This document shows, piece after piece, positions 19,780-28,904 of a stretch of DNA of 64,000 nt. How positions within the stretch are numbered: position 1 is the stretch's first letter; every line of letters starts with the position of its first letter. The notes below the pieces were generated by a model. It saw only the letters and a list, made by a program, of their open reading frames with translations, ran no database searches and was not told where the DNA came from. Source of the DNA: an uncultured delta proteobacterium (GTDB taxonomy: Bacteria; Desulfobacterota; Desulfomonilia; UBA1062); assembly GCA_963785235.1 (NCBI GenBank), contig CAWAUM010000005.1, positions 544,001 through 608,000 of the forward strand. The letters are read 5' to 3'. Made by a program: the position numbers and the translations under genes.

Positions 19780-20688
19780 ATGACAGACAATGGAAATCTC
19801 CTGCCGGCATGCGCTGGCGGTCACATACCCACGGATCCGGATCTACTGGTTATTCGCTGGTTGGGAACAGCCAATATTGAACTCTCGTATCAGGGGCAGA
19901 TCATTCTTGTGAATGCCTTTATCGATCGCGGTCCCCGGCACTTTTCCATCGGTATCCTATCAGAGCAAATCCAGCAACTAGATGCCATTGTCATCGGTCA
20001 TGGACATTACGATCACATATCCGATGCCGCCGCTGTCACCATGAAAACCGGGGCAAGCGTTTTTGCGCCGCCATTTGCCCGGGAAAAAATCCTCTCCCAG
20101 GGAGTATCACCGGATCAAATCAACCTGGTCACGGACGGCGGTATTTACTCATTCAACGGTTTCAAGGTCCAGGCCGTCCTTGCCCAACATTGCGAATTCC
20201 CATCCTACATAGGTAAAATATGTGACGCCTATAATGAAGCTATTCCGCCAACCGCCGAGGTCGCGGCCCTGGAAGAAACGATCATGTTAAAGGGGGCATG
20301 GGACCCGGATATTATCACCCAGGGGACCTTTGCGTATCTTTTCACCTTCGACAGCGGCTACCGCGTCATTATTCGCGATAGCGCCGGTCCTATCACCAAT
20401 TCCGAACGGGCACTCATGGAGCAGATCAAGGGAACTGACATCGCAATGGTCGCCTATCAAGCACAGGTCTTTGCCCAGAAACAGATTCCGGAAACACTCC
20501 CCCTAGTGAAGCTGTACAATCCAAAGACATACATCCCAATCCATCATGACGCGCTGGTACCATGGGCCCTTGATATGGGGGTGGGTTCATTGTTCATGGC
20601 CATACGGGATGAATTGCCCGCAACGAAATCGCTCTTTCCATTATATCTTGAACCCATCAGCTTCAACATACTAACCAATGGCATTTGA
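19780..20688 (+). CDS. MBL-fold metallo-hydrolase
   Basis: IRWLGTA, HGHYDH, PIHHD; ATG 19780 behind GGAGG. Confidence 0.85.
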   Translation: MTDNGNLLPACAGGHIPTDPDLLVIRWLGTANIELSYQGQIILVNAFIDRGPRHFSIGILSEQIQQLDAIVIGHGHYDHISDAAAVTMKTGASVFAPPFAREKILSQGVSPDQINLVTDGGIYSFNGFKVQAVLAQHCEFPSYIGKICDAYNEAIPPTAEVAALEETIMLKGAWDPDIITQGTFAYLFTFDSGYRVIIRDSAGPITNSERALMEQIKGTDIAMVAYQAQVFAQKQIPETLPLVKLYNPKTYIPIHHDALVPWALDMGVGSLFMAIRDELPATKSLFPLYLEPISFNILTNGI

Positions 20689-20876
20689 ATTTGAAGGCTG
20701 ATGTTTAAAAAATCCTAAGAAACTGATGAGTTCGCGTTAGAGACAATAATCGGAGTTTGGACTTTGAAACCATATCTGGCCGAAGGTGGTTGCATTCCTC
20801 CTTGTTGACCTGTATATCAATATCAGTTCAAGCCCCGCTCGGCATCCTTGCCGAGTGGTGTTCTGACCTCCTTTAC

Positions 20877-20910
20877 GCCGGGTTGCGCCAATGCTTCCCG
20901 GTCTTTTTTT
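20877..20910 (+). terminator. Putative intrinsic terminator
   Basis: GCCGGG...CCCGGT stem followed by C and T7. Confidence 0.45.
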
Positions 20911-20969
20911 ATGACATACGTTTAAACGTATATCTTGATTTGAGTGTAAATGTGTGCAAGTATGTGTGT

Positions 20970-21128
20970 ATGACAGATACAAAAAGAATCCCGTTCACTA
21001 CTACGTTAAACAAAGACCTTATCAAGAAATTGAAGTTGTTAGCAGTAGAGAGGGAAACTGCTGTCAACGTGCTTATCGAAGAGGCTGTGAATCAATACCT
21101 TGAGAAGCCTACCAAGAAGCCTAAATAG
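20970..21128 (+). CDS. Ribbon-helix-helix (CopG-like) DNA-binding protein, 52 aa
   Basis: RIPFTTTLNKDLIKKLKLLAVERETAVNVLIEEAVNQYL; real start is internal to the listed ORF 20757-21128. Confidence 0.75.
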   Translation: MTDTKRIPFTTTLNKDLIKKLKLLAVERETAVNVLIEEAVNQYLEKPTKKPK

Positions 21129-21171
21129 ACCGTATAAAATCGCTGTAGGTACATAGTAATAGGAGAGCTTC

Positions 21172-21324
21172 ATGACGGTTAAAATATTTCATTCCAATCT
21201 TGATAACTTAGAATCAGATGCTCAGGAATGGCTTTGTGCAAACCCAAACATAAAAATCCATTTCATAACTCAATCGCAATCTGATTCTGGTAGAATGGTT
21301 CTTACAATTTTCTACACGAATTGA
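21172..21324 (+). CDS. Small hypothetical protein, 50 aa (not in ORF track)
   Basis: AGGAGAG RBS; MTVKIFHSNLDNLESDAQEWLCANPNIKIHFITQSQSDSGRMVLTIFYTN*; hairpin follows. Confidence 0.6.
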   Translation: MTVKIFHSNLDNLESDAQEWLCANPNIKIHFITQSQSDSGRMVLTIFYTN

Positions 21325-21353
21325 GGGGGACAGTCATAAAGGCTGCCCCTCTT
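21323..21353. terminator. Hairpin after the 50-aa ORF
   Basis: GAGGGGGACAGTC-ATAAA-GGCTGCCCCTC imperfect stem. Confidence 0.4.
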
Positions 21354-21385
21354 CATGCAAATGTATTAGAGATTTCTGCGATAAC

Positions 21386-22060
21386 GTGCGCCACGAAGGC
21401 GCGAAGAGGTAGCCTAAAGGGCTACATTGGAGCAGCCATGCTGCATGGAAGATGAGGGGAGGCCCCTCGGGATCGGGTTACAGGATCAGATCTCAAACCG
21501 CCTGGCGCTGCGTGGGGATAAGATCCCAGGTGGTGAGCGGTCCAGGAAAAGGCGAGGCAAGACCTTGTCAGGTGAGGACCAGGAAGGCGAACGAGAGTGA
21601 ACCACTGATGAGCTGTCGAAAAGATACAGACGTCATCGAAACCGGGCTTTGTTATCGGGTCCGGGACAGAGTCTGGGGGGAACCTGTTTACTGCCCAGAT
21701 GGTGGCCGGCAGAAAGGTGGCGCGAGCCTGGTACAGGCTTTCATGCGGAACGTGGGAACCTGGCGCTCTGATGCTAAGGGAGAAGTCGAAGTGGAGGCCC
21801 CATGAAGACGAGAGTACCGATGCAGAGCGCAGGGGCGGATCAGCCCGTAGTAGTGAAGAAACTTCTGTAATGGAAGTGGAGCGAAGGGGCTGAGCTGTCC
21901 AACCTTATTTATGAGTCAACCAGCAATGGGAGGAGCTTATGGATAAGGCAAAGTCGTTTGGTATAATACCTGCGACTGGACAGTAGGAGCCGGATGAGGT
22001 GAGAGTCTCACGTCCGGTTCTGTGAGGGCGTGGGGGTGCGATTCCCCTGCGCTACTCGAC
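21386..22060 (+). ncRNA. ORF-less group II intron (IIB, bacterial class D-like)
   Basis: 5' GTGCG; domain V GAGCCGGATGAGGTGAGAGTCTCACGTCCGGTTC; domain VI ending CTACTCGAC; EBS1 GTTATCG (21651-21657) complementary to IBS1 CGATAAC (21379-21385). Confidence 0.92.
21939..21986 (+). pseudogene. Vestige of the intron reverse transcriptase/maturase ORF (MDKAKSFGIIPATGQ*)
   Basis: GGAGGAG RBS, IEP-like start MDKAKSF joined in frame to a short tail that stops immediately before domain V. Confidence 0.75.
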
Positions 22061-22169
22061 TTTCTCGTTTCGAAATACCTTAAAACCGAAGATACGTGGA
22101 TTTAATCTATGTTCCTTATTCCGACCCATACTTACGTACAGCGACCTCAGGGCTGGTCATTAGCCTGTA

Positions 22170-22358
22170 CTAAGTTATTATATCTACCTTGTCACTCTTT
22201 ACTGCCTCTGCTGTTTTATCAGTGGGTTTTTCTAGACTTTTCTGCATGAGGATTACCATTAATTCGGCACTTGTTGGCAAAGCTCTGATTTTCTCCCCAG
22301 CAGACGGCAGAGTGTTACTTCTTATATTCAGGTTCGCAGTTATATCATTTATGTTCAT
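22170..22358 (-). CDS. Small hypothetical protein
   Basis: AGGAGAG RBS before ATG 22358; C-terminal KVDII; TCCGATAA (sigma28 -10-like) upstream. Confidence 0.5.
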   Translation of the reverse strand: MNINDITANLNIRSNTLPSAGEKIRALPTSAELMVILMQKSLEKPTDKTAEAVKSDKVDIIT

Positions 22359-22516
22359 AGCGGCTCTCCTTGGCCTCATGTTCTTTAAATGATAACAACT
22401 AAATGTCTTATCGGATGTTTGTCAATTATAATAATACATTAATTAATAATTTATAATGCTCAATAAAGAGGAACTATCTCACACTAAAATCGATAAATTA
22501 TCAATTGTTGAGGTTT

Positions 22517-22543
22517 TAAGTTATAGAACTGATTTTCCGATAG
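22517..22543 (+). promoter_or_regulatory. Candidate sigma28 (FliA) promoter for the STAS gene
   Basis: TAAG-N15-TCCGATAG versus consensus TAAA-N15-GCCGATAA. Confidence 0.4.
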
Positions 22544-22583
22544 TATTTTACATAAGATCAATTGAATTATTTTAGGGGGGCAT

Positions 22584-22889
22584 ATGCAATTGAAGTCAAA
22601 GAAAAGAGGAGATACTCTTTTTATTAAAATCATCGGTGCCATTGATACCCTTGCAGCAGAAAACCTGAGATTTGAACTTAGGGAGATCCTACTACAAAAC
22701 CCTCAAAAAGTAGTATTGGATCTCAAGAAGGTTCCAACTATGGGATCATTAGGCATCGGCAAGATACTCATGTTCTTTAAAAGTCTTGATAGCTCTAAGG
22801 CAAGTTTCGAGATTAAAGGAATCCATGAAAATCTTTATCCATTTTTCAAATCAGTTAAACTTGACAAGCTTTTCCCCATTTCTCAATAA
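22584..22889 (+). CDS. STAS domain anti-sigma factor antagonist
   Basis: GAIDTLAA, VVLDLKKVPTMGSLGIG, ~100 aa. Confidence 0.85.
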   Translation: MQLKSKKRGDTLFIKIIGAIDTLAAENLRFELREILLQNPQKVVLDLKKVPTMGSLGIGKILMFFKSLDSSKASFEIKGIHENLYPFFKSVKLDKLFPISQ

Positions 22890-23020
22890 GGAGCAAGCAG
22901 CAAAGGGGAATATACATACCCGAAGTGTAAATTTCGTGTCAGATGTCATGGCATAAGTTGCAATTTTAGGTACGCAAATCTCATCAAGAGATATCACGTT
23001 CGACAGGTCAATAATAATTG

Positions 23021-24199
23021 CTATGCAGATATCAACCTGTTCAGTTTATCTGATTCTGCATGAGAAAATTCCATAGCCACTCCAATGCCAGAGGATCTAA
23101 CAACACGTCCTTGCACCCACACTGGTCTCTCTGATTTACTGATATCCAAATTTGCATTCACATAGGTTCCTTCATCGAGGGCCAAATTCGTATCTACATA
23201 TATTCCACCCAGACTAATATTTACTGCATGCCCTAATTCATAATATTGTGCATTCCTGCTACAAGGAATGTTCACCGCAACACCCATAGCAGCTTCTGCT
23301 CGCTTGTGTACCCTTCGAGTTTCCTGTTTGACCGGAAACCATTTTTCTTTGTATTCTGACATAACCTTTTTCACTCTATCAGAGGTCCTGATATTCCGGA
23401 TAGTTGGTGGGTTTGGTCGCTGAGGCATTGTTATCAAAACCTGATTCAGCCAATCCGAACTGTACTCGGCTATTTCATTCCAACCCGGTTCACCAATAAC
23501 CCAGTGGGTGTGATTTGAAAATTCTTTAAAAGTGGTAACTGCGTTATACTTATCTGCAACTCTTCGGACAACTGATGAAGGAGTGAGTTTATCTTGCCCT
23601 CCTGAGATAACGAGTGTAGGGCACGTGATCTTTGCCGAATCAACACTGGAAACACTTTTTCGATCCAAAAGCCAATAACCGATTTCGAATGCAGCCCTGC
23701 CGGATTCAGGTACCAATTTTTCATAAATCTCTTTCCGCTCCTCAACAGGAATTAATTGCATCGTGGCATACACTGCTTCATTAAATGTCGGCAGTATTGG
23801 CTTCCGCCAGAATCCCGGTCTCGTCATTGAACTCCAGAAGCTTTTTATTACAGATGCTCTCAAGGCAATTATCCCTTTTGGTGAAGCTGGTGTAAGAAGC
23901 ACTAGCGCTTTTGCTAAACCCCTGCTTCCAAGCATTTGCGCAAGAAGACCCCCCATGGAATGCCCCATGAGAATAGGTTTTTGATCAAGCTTATAGATTT
24001 CCTTTTCAAGGTCCTCTACATAATCGAACAGACTCGTTGTACCTACTTGATTGTTAGGGTCATCCTTGTATTTTTTATTGTGATATCTGAGGTTAGGAGT
24101 AATGCAGTGATACCCTTTTGATTCAAAGAACCTCTTATAATTGTCCCATACCCAATCTCCACACCACATTCCATGGATCATCATTATATGCTCGCTCAT
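23021..24199 (-). CDS. Alpha/beta hydrolase fused to a C-terminal PilZ domain
   Basis: IHGMW, GHSMGG, QDK, HTHW; then RRVHKR (RxxxR), NISLGG (NxSxxG), GRVVRS, GVAMEF. Confidence 0.85.
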   Translation of the reverse strand: MSEHIMMIHGMWCGDWVWDNYKRFFESKGYHCITPNLRYHNKKYKDDPNNQVGTTSLFDYVEDLEKEIYKLDQKPILMGHSMGGLLAQMLGSRGLAKALVLLTPASPKGIIALRASVIKSFWSSMTRPGFWRKPILPTFNEAVYATMQLIPVEERKEIYEKLVPESGRAAFEIGYWLLDRKSVSSVDSAKITCPTLVISGGQDKLTPSSVVRRVADKYNAVTTFKEFSNHTHWVIGEPGWNEIAEYSSDWLNQVLITMPQRPNPPTIRNIRTSDRVKKVMSEYKEKWFPVKQETRRVHKRAEAAMGVAVNIPCSRNAQYYELGHAVNISLGGIYVDTNLALDEGTYVNANLDISKSERPVWVQGRVVRSSGIGVAMEFSHAESDKLNRLISA

Positions 24200-24446
24200 T
24201 ATGAACCTCCATATTGATGATTCAAATAATAGTGTTGTTTCACAAATTATCAATAGGTTAATTATAAGTATCTTATGGAAGACTCGTGACAGGCGATCCT
24301 ATAATGAAAAAGATGACATTGTGCTATTGTTATATTATAGAGATGCTAATGCTCAAACCCAGTAAGAGCCATTCTTCATGAACTTAGCTTATTAATAAGG
24401 GACTGAGCATGATAATACGTGGTTTGGTAAATACGAGGAGGGAATC

Positions 24447-24722
24447 ATGACAAAATCGGAGTTGGTTGATGTAGTTGCTAATAAGGCGGGACTACCAAAA
24501 GCAAAGGTCTTAAATGCAATCGATGCACTTACAGATGCGATCCAAGGCGCACTCAAGAAAGGTGATAAGGTTACTCTGATAGGCTTCGGTACCTTCGATG
24601 TGGCTAAAAGAGCTGCACGTACAGGTATGAATCCCCGTACAAAAGAGAAGATAAAGATCAAGGCCAGTAAGGCTCCTCGTTTCAAGGCAGGACAAGCATT
24701 CAAAGCTGTGGTGAATAAGTAG
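24447..24722 (+). CDS. hup: DNA-binding protein HU
   Basis: MTKSELV, LIGFGTF, RAARTGMNPRT, PRFKAG. Confidence 0.97.
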   Translation: MTKSELVDVVANKAGLPKAKVLNAIDALTDAIQGALKKGDKVTLIGFGTFDVAKRAARTGMNPRTKEKIKIKASKAPRFKAGQAFKAVVNK

Positions 24723-24760
24723 GAGCAATTTTTGGGACATGTTTACATAAGGGGAAGATC

Positions 24761-25150
24761 ATGGAATTAAATAAAGCAAAAGATTTCTGCAATCGATGGT
24801 TACCTGCTTGGACAGGCAACCGACCTGAATTTCTTATCTCATTCTACGCTGATGATGCCTTTTATTCAGATCCGTTCATTCCTAAAGGAGTTAAAGGTAA
24901 AGAGCAGATCTTAGCTTATTTTAGAAACTTCGTAAGCTTTTATCCCAGCTGGGAGTATGAGTACGTTGAGATATTTCCCACAGAAAATGGATTCACATTA
25001 AAATGGAAAGTGTCTCTTCCTTTTGAAAACGGCACTGTTGTTGATTATGGTTTAGATATTGTTGAAGTATCGAATGATAAGATAATACGTAATGAAGTAT
25101 ATTTTGATACTGCTCGTCTTCTGAAAGCTATAAAGAAGAACCAATCTTAA
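24761..25150 (+). CDS. SnoaL/NTF2-like protein
   Basis: FYADDAFYSDP, G.D.VEV...KI.RNEVYFD. Confidence 0.8.
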   Translation: MELNKAKDFCNRWLPAWTGNRPEFLISFYADDAFYSDPFIPKGVKGKEQILAYFRNFVSFYPSWEYEYVEIFPTENGFTLKWKVSLPFENGTVVDYGLDIVEVSNDKIIRNEVYFDTARLLKAIKKNQS

Positions 25151-25155
25151 ATGAG

Positions 25156-25482
25156 ATGAAGCATCATAGCACTATTTTTGCAGGAGCTGATCTTGGGAAC
25201 CGATACAAGTGTTTTAAGTGTGGCACCAAGTTTTATGACCTAAGCAGACCAGAACCCCTCTGCCCTTCCTGTGCAGTCAATCAAAACGATGATGAGGCAA
25301 AGGTTTTGCACAAACGGAAGAAAAGACGTAAGTCCTCTTCTTTCGTAAGTACAGATCATGCCATCACTGCTCCAGAAGATAGTGATGATGTGATCGAAGT
25401 TGTTAGTGAAGTTGATGCTGAATATGCTGTGGATGCTGATGACAATGACCTTGATGAGCAAACAGATACAGATGATGAATAG
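25156..25482 (+). CDS. FYDLN-acid domain protein (TIGR02300-like Zn ribbon with acidic tail)
   Basis: DLGNRYKCFKCGTKFYDL..PEPLCPSC, D/E-rich C-terminus. Confidence 0.85.
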   Translation: MKHHSTIFAGADLGNRYKCFKCGTKFYDLSRPEPLCPSCAVNQNDDEAKVLHKRKKRRKSSSFVSTDHAITAPEDSDDVIEVVSEVDAEYAVDADDNDLDEQTDTDDE

Positions 25483-25531
25483 TGATTAAGTAATATAGTA
25501 TAAAAAAGAGTTATATTTTTGGGGTAGGCTG

Positions 25532-25783
25532 TTGAGGACGGACGATAAAGAAACAAAAAAAATGTACCTTACGATGGCTGATTTAAGCACCATTGGAATC
25601 TCTGTGATTCTGTCCCTTGTCGTGTGTCTGGGCTTTGGCATCTATCTGGACAGTCACTTTGGTACCTACCCTATCTTCACCGTTATTCTCATGTTACTGG
25701 GTATCCTTTCAGGATTCTGGATCATGTACAAGAATTACATGAAATTCTTCGACAAAAGCAAATCCGATGGTTCCAAGAAGTGA
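25532..25783 (+). CDS. AtpZ/AtpI-family (ATPase gene 1) membrane protein, orphan
   Basis: Two TM helices around GIYLDSHFGTYPIFT, LGILSGF. Confidence 0.8.
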   Translation: MRTDDKETKKMYLTMADLSTIGISVILSLVVCLGFGIYLDSHFGTYPIFTVILMLLGILSGFWIMYKNYMKFFDKSKSDGSKK

Positions 25784-25864
25784 AGTATAGAACTGAGTTG
25801 GAATTTTCAAAACCATAGATAAGATGCCATTCTCAAAAGTTTCTTTCTACAGAATCGGTTGAAT

Positions 25865-26719
25865 CTACATGCTCACTTGTTCATGGCTTTTATCATTTTC
25901 CTGATCCGCTTTCATCCGCCTTTTCACCTTTTCGGTATTTGTTTTCGTCAACCCTACTAGCCGCGCAGTCGCATCAAACAGTCGTGGGAACAAGACGTTA
26001 ACCAACATGAACGGCTTGTACGGAATGCTGCTGACAATAACTCGACTTTTGTATTTCAAGGTACATTTAATAACCTTGTCAGCAACATTCCTGCTTGTAC
26101 AAGACCCAATAATAGCGGGATATTTTACACCCATATTATAAATCATACCGGTATCGCTCACTGCCCCTGGACTAACCGAAGAGACTTTAACGCCTGTTTT
26201 GTGCAACTCCTGGCGCAGCGCATCAGTCCATGAATCAATTCCGCCTTTAGATGCATCATAAATACTGTTGTAAATCTCAGGTGCTCTGCCATCCGGTGAG
26301 CTGATATTGATGATGTGCCCCTTTTCCCTTTTGAGCATGCCAGGGAGTAGCAATCGGGTCAGTTCCATGGGCGCAATCAGATTCACTGAAAGAATGGATG
26401 TAAAGTCCTCCCGTTGATACTTTGTAAAGAAGCAATATTTTTCCAAACCCGCATTATTCACTAAAACATCTACATGGGGTGCCAGCTTATAGATCTTTTC
26501 AGCCAAGTCTTCTATTTCCACAGTCTTTGCAAGATCAAACGGTATGGCATGTACTTTGCCACCTAGAGTTTCAACCTGCTCACATGTTTTTTTAAGCCCA
26601 TCTGCCGATCGTGCGATCAGAATTAGATTTGCATTTTTCTTGGCAAATTCTTCGGCAATGGCAACCCCAATACCTCTGCTTGCACCTGTAATGACGACCC
26701 ATGAATTATTTAAATTCAT
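25865..26719 (-). CDS. SDR-family oxidoreductase
   Basis: TGASRGIG, NNAG, YDASK. Confidence 0.92.
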   Translation of the reverse strand: MNLNNSWVVITGASRGIGVAIAEEFAKKNANLILIARSADGLKKTCEQVETLGGKVHAIPFDLAKTVEIEDLAEKIYKLAPHVDVLVNNAGLEKYCFFTKYQREDFTSILSVNLIAPMELTRLLLPGMLKREKGHIINISSPDGRAPEIYNSIYDASKGGIDSWTDALRQELHKTGVKVSSVSPGAVSDTGMIYNMGVKYPAIIGSCTSRNVADKVIKCTLKYKSRVIVSSIPYKPFMLVNVLFPRLFDATARLVGLTKTNTEKVKRRMKADQENDKSHEQVSM

Positions 26720-27201
26720 TTCATCCTCCTCATCAGGCTTTAAAATGAATACTAAGTCTTAATAGATGAAATAAGATTCCACGGGAATATCATCAGTTTA
26801 TGATCTTCATAAAGATAATCAAACAATAATTGATAATAGATCATTAAATAGTATTTATTGAATAACAAAATGACTATTGTCTTTGCCTTATGATAATGCT
26901 TCAGACTTGATAGAAGTCAATAGGTGTTGATAATAATTTCCGTATACATAGACTGAAGCTTTCGTTATGCGTGGTCAGTAATGAACCGGATCTAGGCATA
27001 GATAACATCAGCAGATCATCATTTTTAGGGCATTTACAAAACGCCCATCTATCGCAGTACTCATCGGTTCGAGTAAAGCGGTGATTTTGAGTTATAATCT
27101 TTGGTGGACATCACGAATGGTAACAGCGTGATGTATGGCACCCATGTTTTAAAAATCGTAACATCTTACACAAAATTTCCGATGAATCTGATCCTGATGA
27201 G

Positions 27202-27579
27202 TGTCGAGATGTTTTACAATCACTGGATAAAATAGATCATGAGGAACTCAAAGATATTATTAATCTCATCTGACTCATCTGAGTTCTAAACTGTCGGTCA
27301 ATTTTACAAATTATCCAGCACATCCTCCCAAAATATTGCCAGATGTTAATAAAATAAGACAGTTACATTGGTTGGAATAATACATGCCAGAATTTCATTC
27401 AAGAAACAACAAGCCTATGAGGATGAGCCAATGAAAGAAAGGAACCATAGAGGTCAGTTCCTGATAGTAAATAAAGTCTCAAACTGTCGATAAATTTTAC
27501 AGCGCACACCATAAGAAATCATTAGTAAAATAAGCATAATATACTGAGTCATAAATTTGAGCTGTCGGTTTGCTTAACA
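27202..27579 (+). promoter_or_regulatory. Four TGTCG-N9-ACA (TGT-N11-ACA) activator boxes upstream of the PEP-CTERM gene
   Basis: 27202-27218, 27292-27308, 27485-27501, 27563-27579; three end in TTTTACA. Confidence 0.65.
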
Positions 27580-27643
27580 TTTCGTCAACATCATTTTGCC
27601 CACTTATGATAAATAACCTTTAAATTATAAAGGTTATTGAATG

Positions 27644-27659
27644 TGGCATGATTTATGAA
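27644..27659 (+). promoter_or_regulatory. sigma54 promoter candidate for the PEP-CTERM gene
   Basis: TGGCATGATTTATGAA, ~65 bp downstream of the last TGT-N11-ACA box. Confidence 0.55.
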
Positions 27660-27885
27660 TAAAAATATTTTCTATGAATTGTATCGAGATACATCAGAAC
27701 TGCTTTTTCGTGGCAAATCAATCACGAGTATCTCTTTTAAAAAATGTAGAGATGAGGCCAGTGATGAGGTATCCGCTGAAATTAAGCCAGGTTCACTCCC
27801 GGTAGGTAGAATGTTACGATCATACCGGGAGTTCAATCTTCTGTAAATCAATGAAGATCACTATTAATATAAGGAGGTTCGATAC

Positions 27886-28569
27886 ATGAAAAAAATGTTA
27901 GAGGTTTTTCTGATAATCTTTCTTGTCGTGGGTGTTGCAATGCCTGCATCTGCCAACCTCATACAGAATGCAAGCTTTGAGAATTGGAATAGCAGTAGTG
28001 ATTTCACAAACTGGAATGAATACGGGGGTGTTGGAGTAGATTCGGGGGGTCTTGCCCGTACTGGCAGCTACGCAGCATATCTTTTGGATCCTGATGAGAT
28101 TTCTGATAACAGCGGCGTTGTTTCCGACAAATTCAACATCACTGAAATGGGCACATACCAGTATGGTGCATGGTTTCGTTATTTAACCCTAGATGATCCT
28201 ACAGTCGAGTACAACAACGACAGAACTGGGGTTACAACCAATATCTACTTTTCTGCTGGTGGTGCTACGTATCCAAATTTAATCTACGATATCTCAGGTG
28301 CTCCAGGGATGTCCTGGACAGACATAGGTTGGGGATATTTAAGTAATTGGATTTTCATGGGGGGAACTTTTGAAGTCTCTCAGGCGATCCTCAATGGAGA
28401 GCTGAATATCTACCTGCAGAACTGGGATCCTTTACTTTCTGTTGTCATTGTTGATGATGCCATAGTTGAAAGAATTCCTGATGCACCAGTTCCTGAACCA
28501 GCCACAATGCTTCTGCTGGGTACAGGAATCATTGGGATTGCAGGGTTCAGAAGGAGGTTTAGGAAGTAG
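27886..28569 (+). CDS. PEP-CTERM sorting-domain surface protein
   Basis: Signal peptide (PASA/NLIQNASFE), C-terminal VPEPATMLLLGTGIIGIAGFRRRFRK. Confidence 0.93.
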   Translation: MKKMLEVFLIIFLVVGVAMPASANLIQNASFENWNSSSDFTNWNEYGGVGVDSGGLARTGSYAAYLLDPDEISDNSGVVSDKFNITEMGTYQYGAWFRYLTLDDPTVEYNNDRTGVTTNIYFSAGGATYPNLIYDISGAPGMSWTDIGWGYLSNWIFMGGTFEVSQAILNGELNIYLQNWDPLLSVVIVDDAIVERIPDAPVPEPATMLLLGTGIIGIAGFRRRFRK

Positions 28570-28590
28570 AGTTCACCTAAATGATGTGAG

Positions 28591-28622
28591 AAAGGCAGGG
28601 TCAGTCAAAGCCCTGCCTTTTT
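28591..28622 (+). terminator. Intrinsic terminator
   Basis: AAAGGCAGGG-N10-CCCTGCCTTT followed by T tract. Confidence 0.75.
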
Positions 28623-28904
28623 ATTTCATACCCAGGAAATTCAATAGTGTTGATTCCTGCGAAACAATCTTGACACCACCAAAACCAAAGATTATGTCTC
28701 GAAAGCTATGAAGATATTGATTGCCGATAAAGTGTAACTTTCGTGCCACAGGACACGGTCTGATATGAAGGGCCTTGCAGCATATGTTCCGAACCAAGAT
28801 CATCGGTTTTTGGCCATTGCGAAAGCACCAACTTATCACAGGGATCTATGGTTCAGAATCTGATATTTGGACCAACAATTATTTGGAGATCATAGCTATG
28901 GAGT

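Noticed and set aside
20720-20775. CTGATGAG...GAAAC as a hammerhead ribozyme (also 10467, 37246)
   Set aside because: No stem II closing directly onto GAAA and no stems I/III; better explained as part of the island DNA motif
21323-21385. Class C intron inserted behind a terminator
   Set aside because: Hairpin ends ~30 nt before the insertion; 7-bp EBS1, candidate EBS2 and full-length AGC domain V indicate a IIB-type intron
21452-21893. ORFs 21452-21805 and 21699-21893
   Set aside because: Lie within group II intron domains I-III; no RT motifs
27700-27790. c-di-GMP (GEMM) riboswitch in the PEP-CTERM leader
   Set aside because: GGCAAA is present but the GAAA tetraloop stem and GACGCAAAG junction are not
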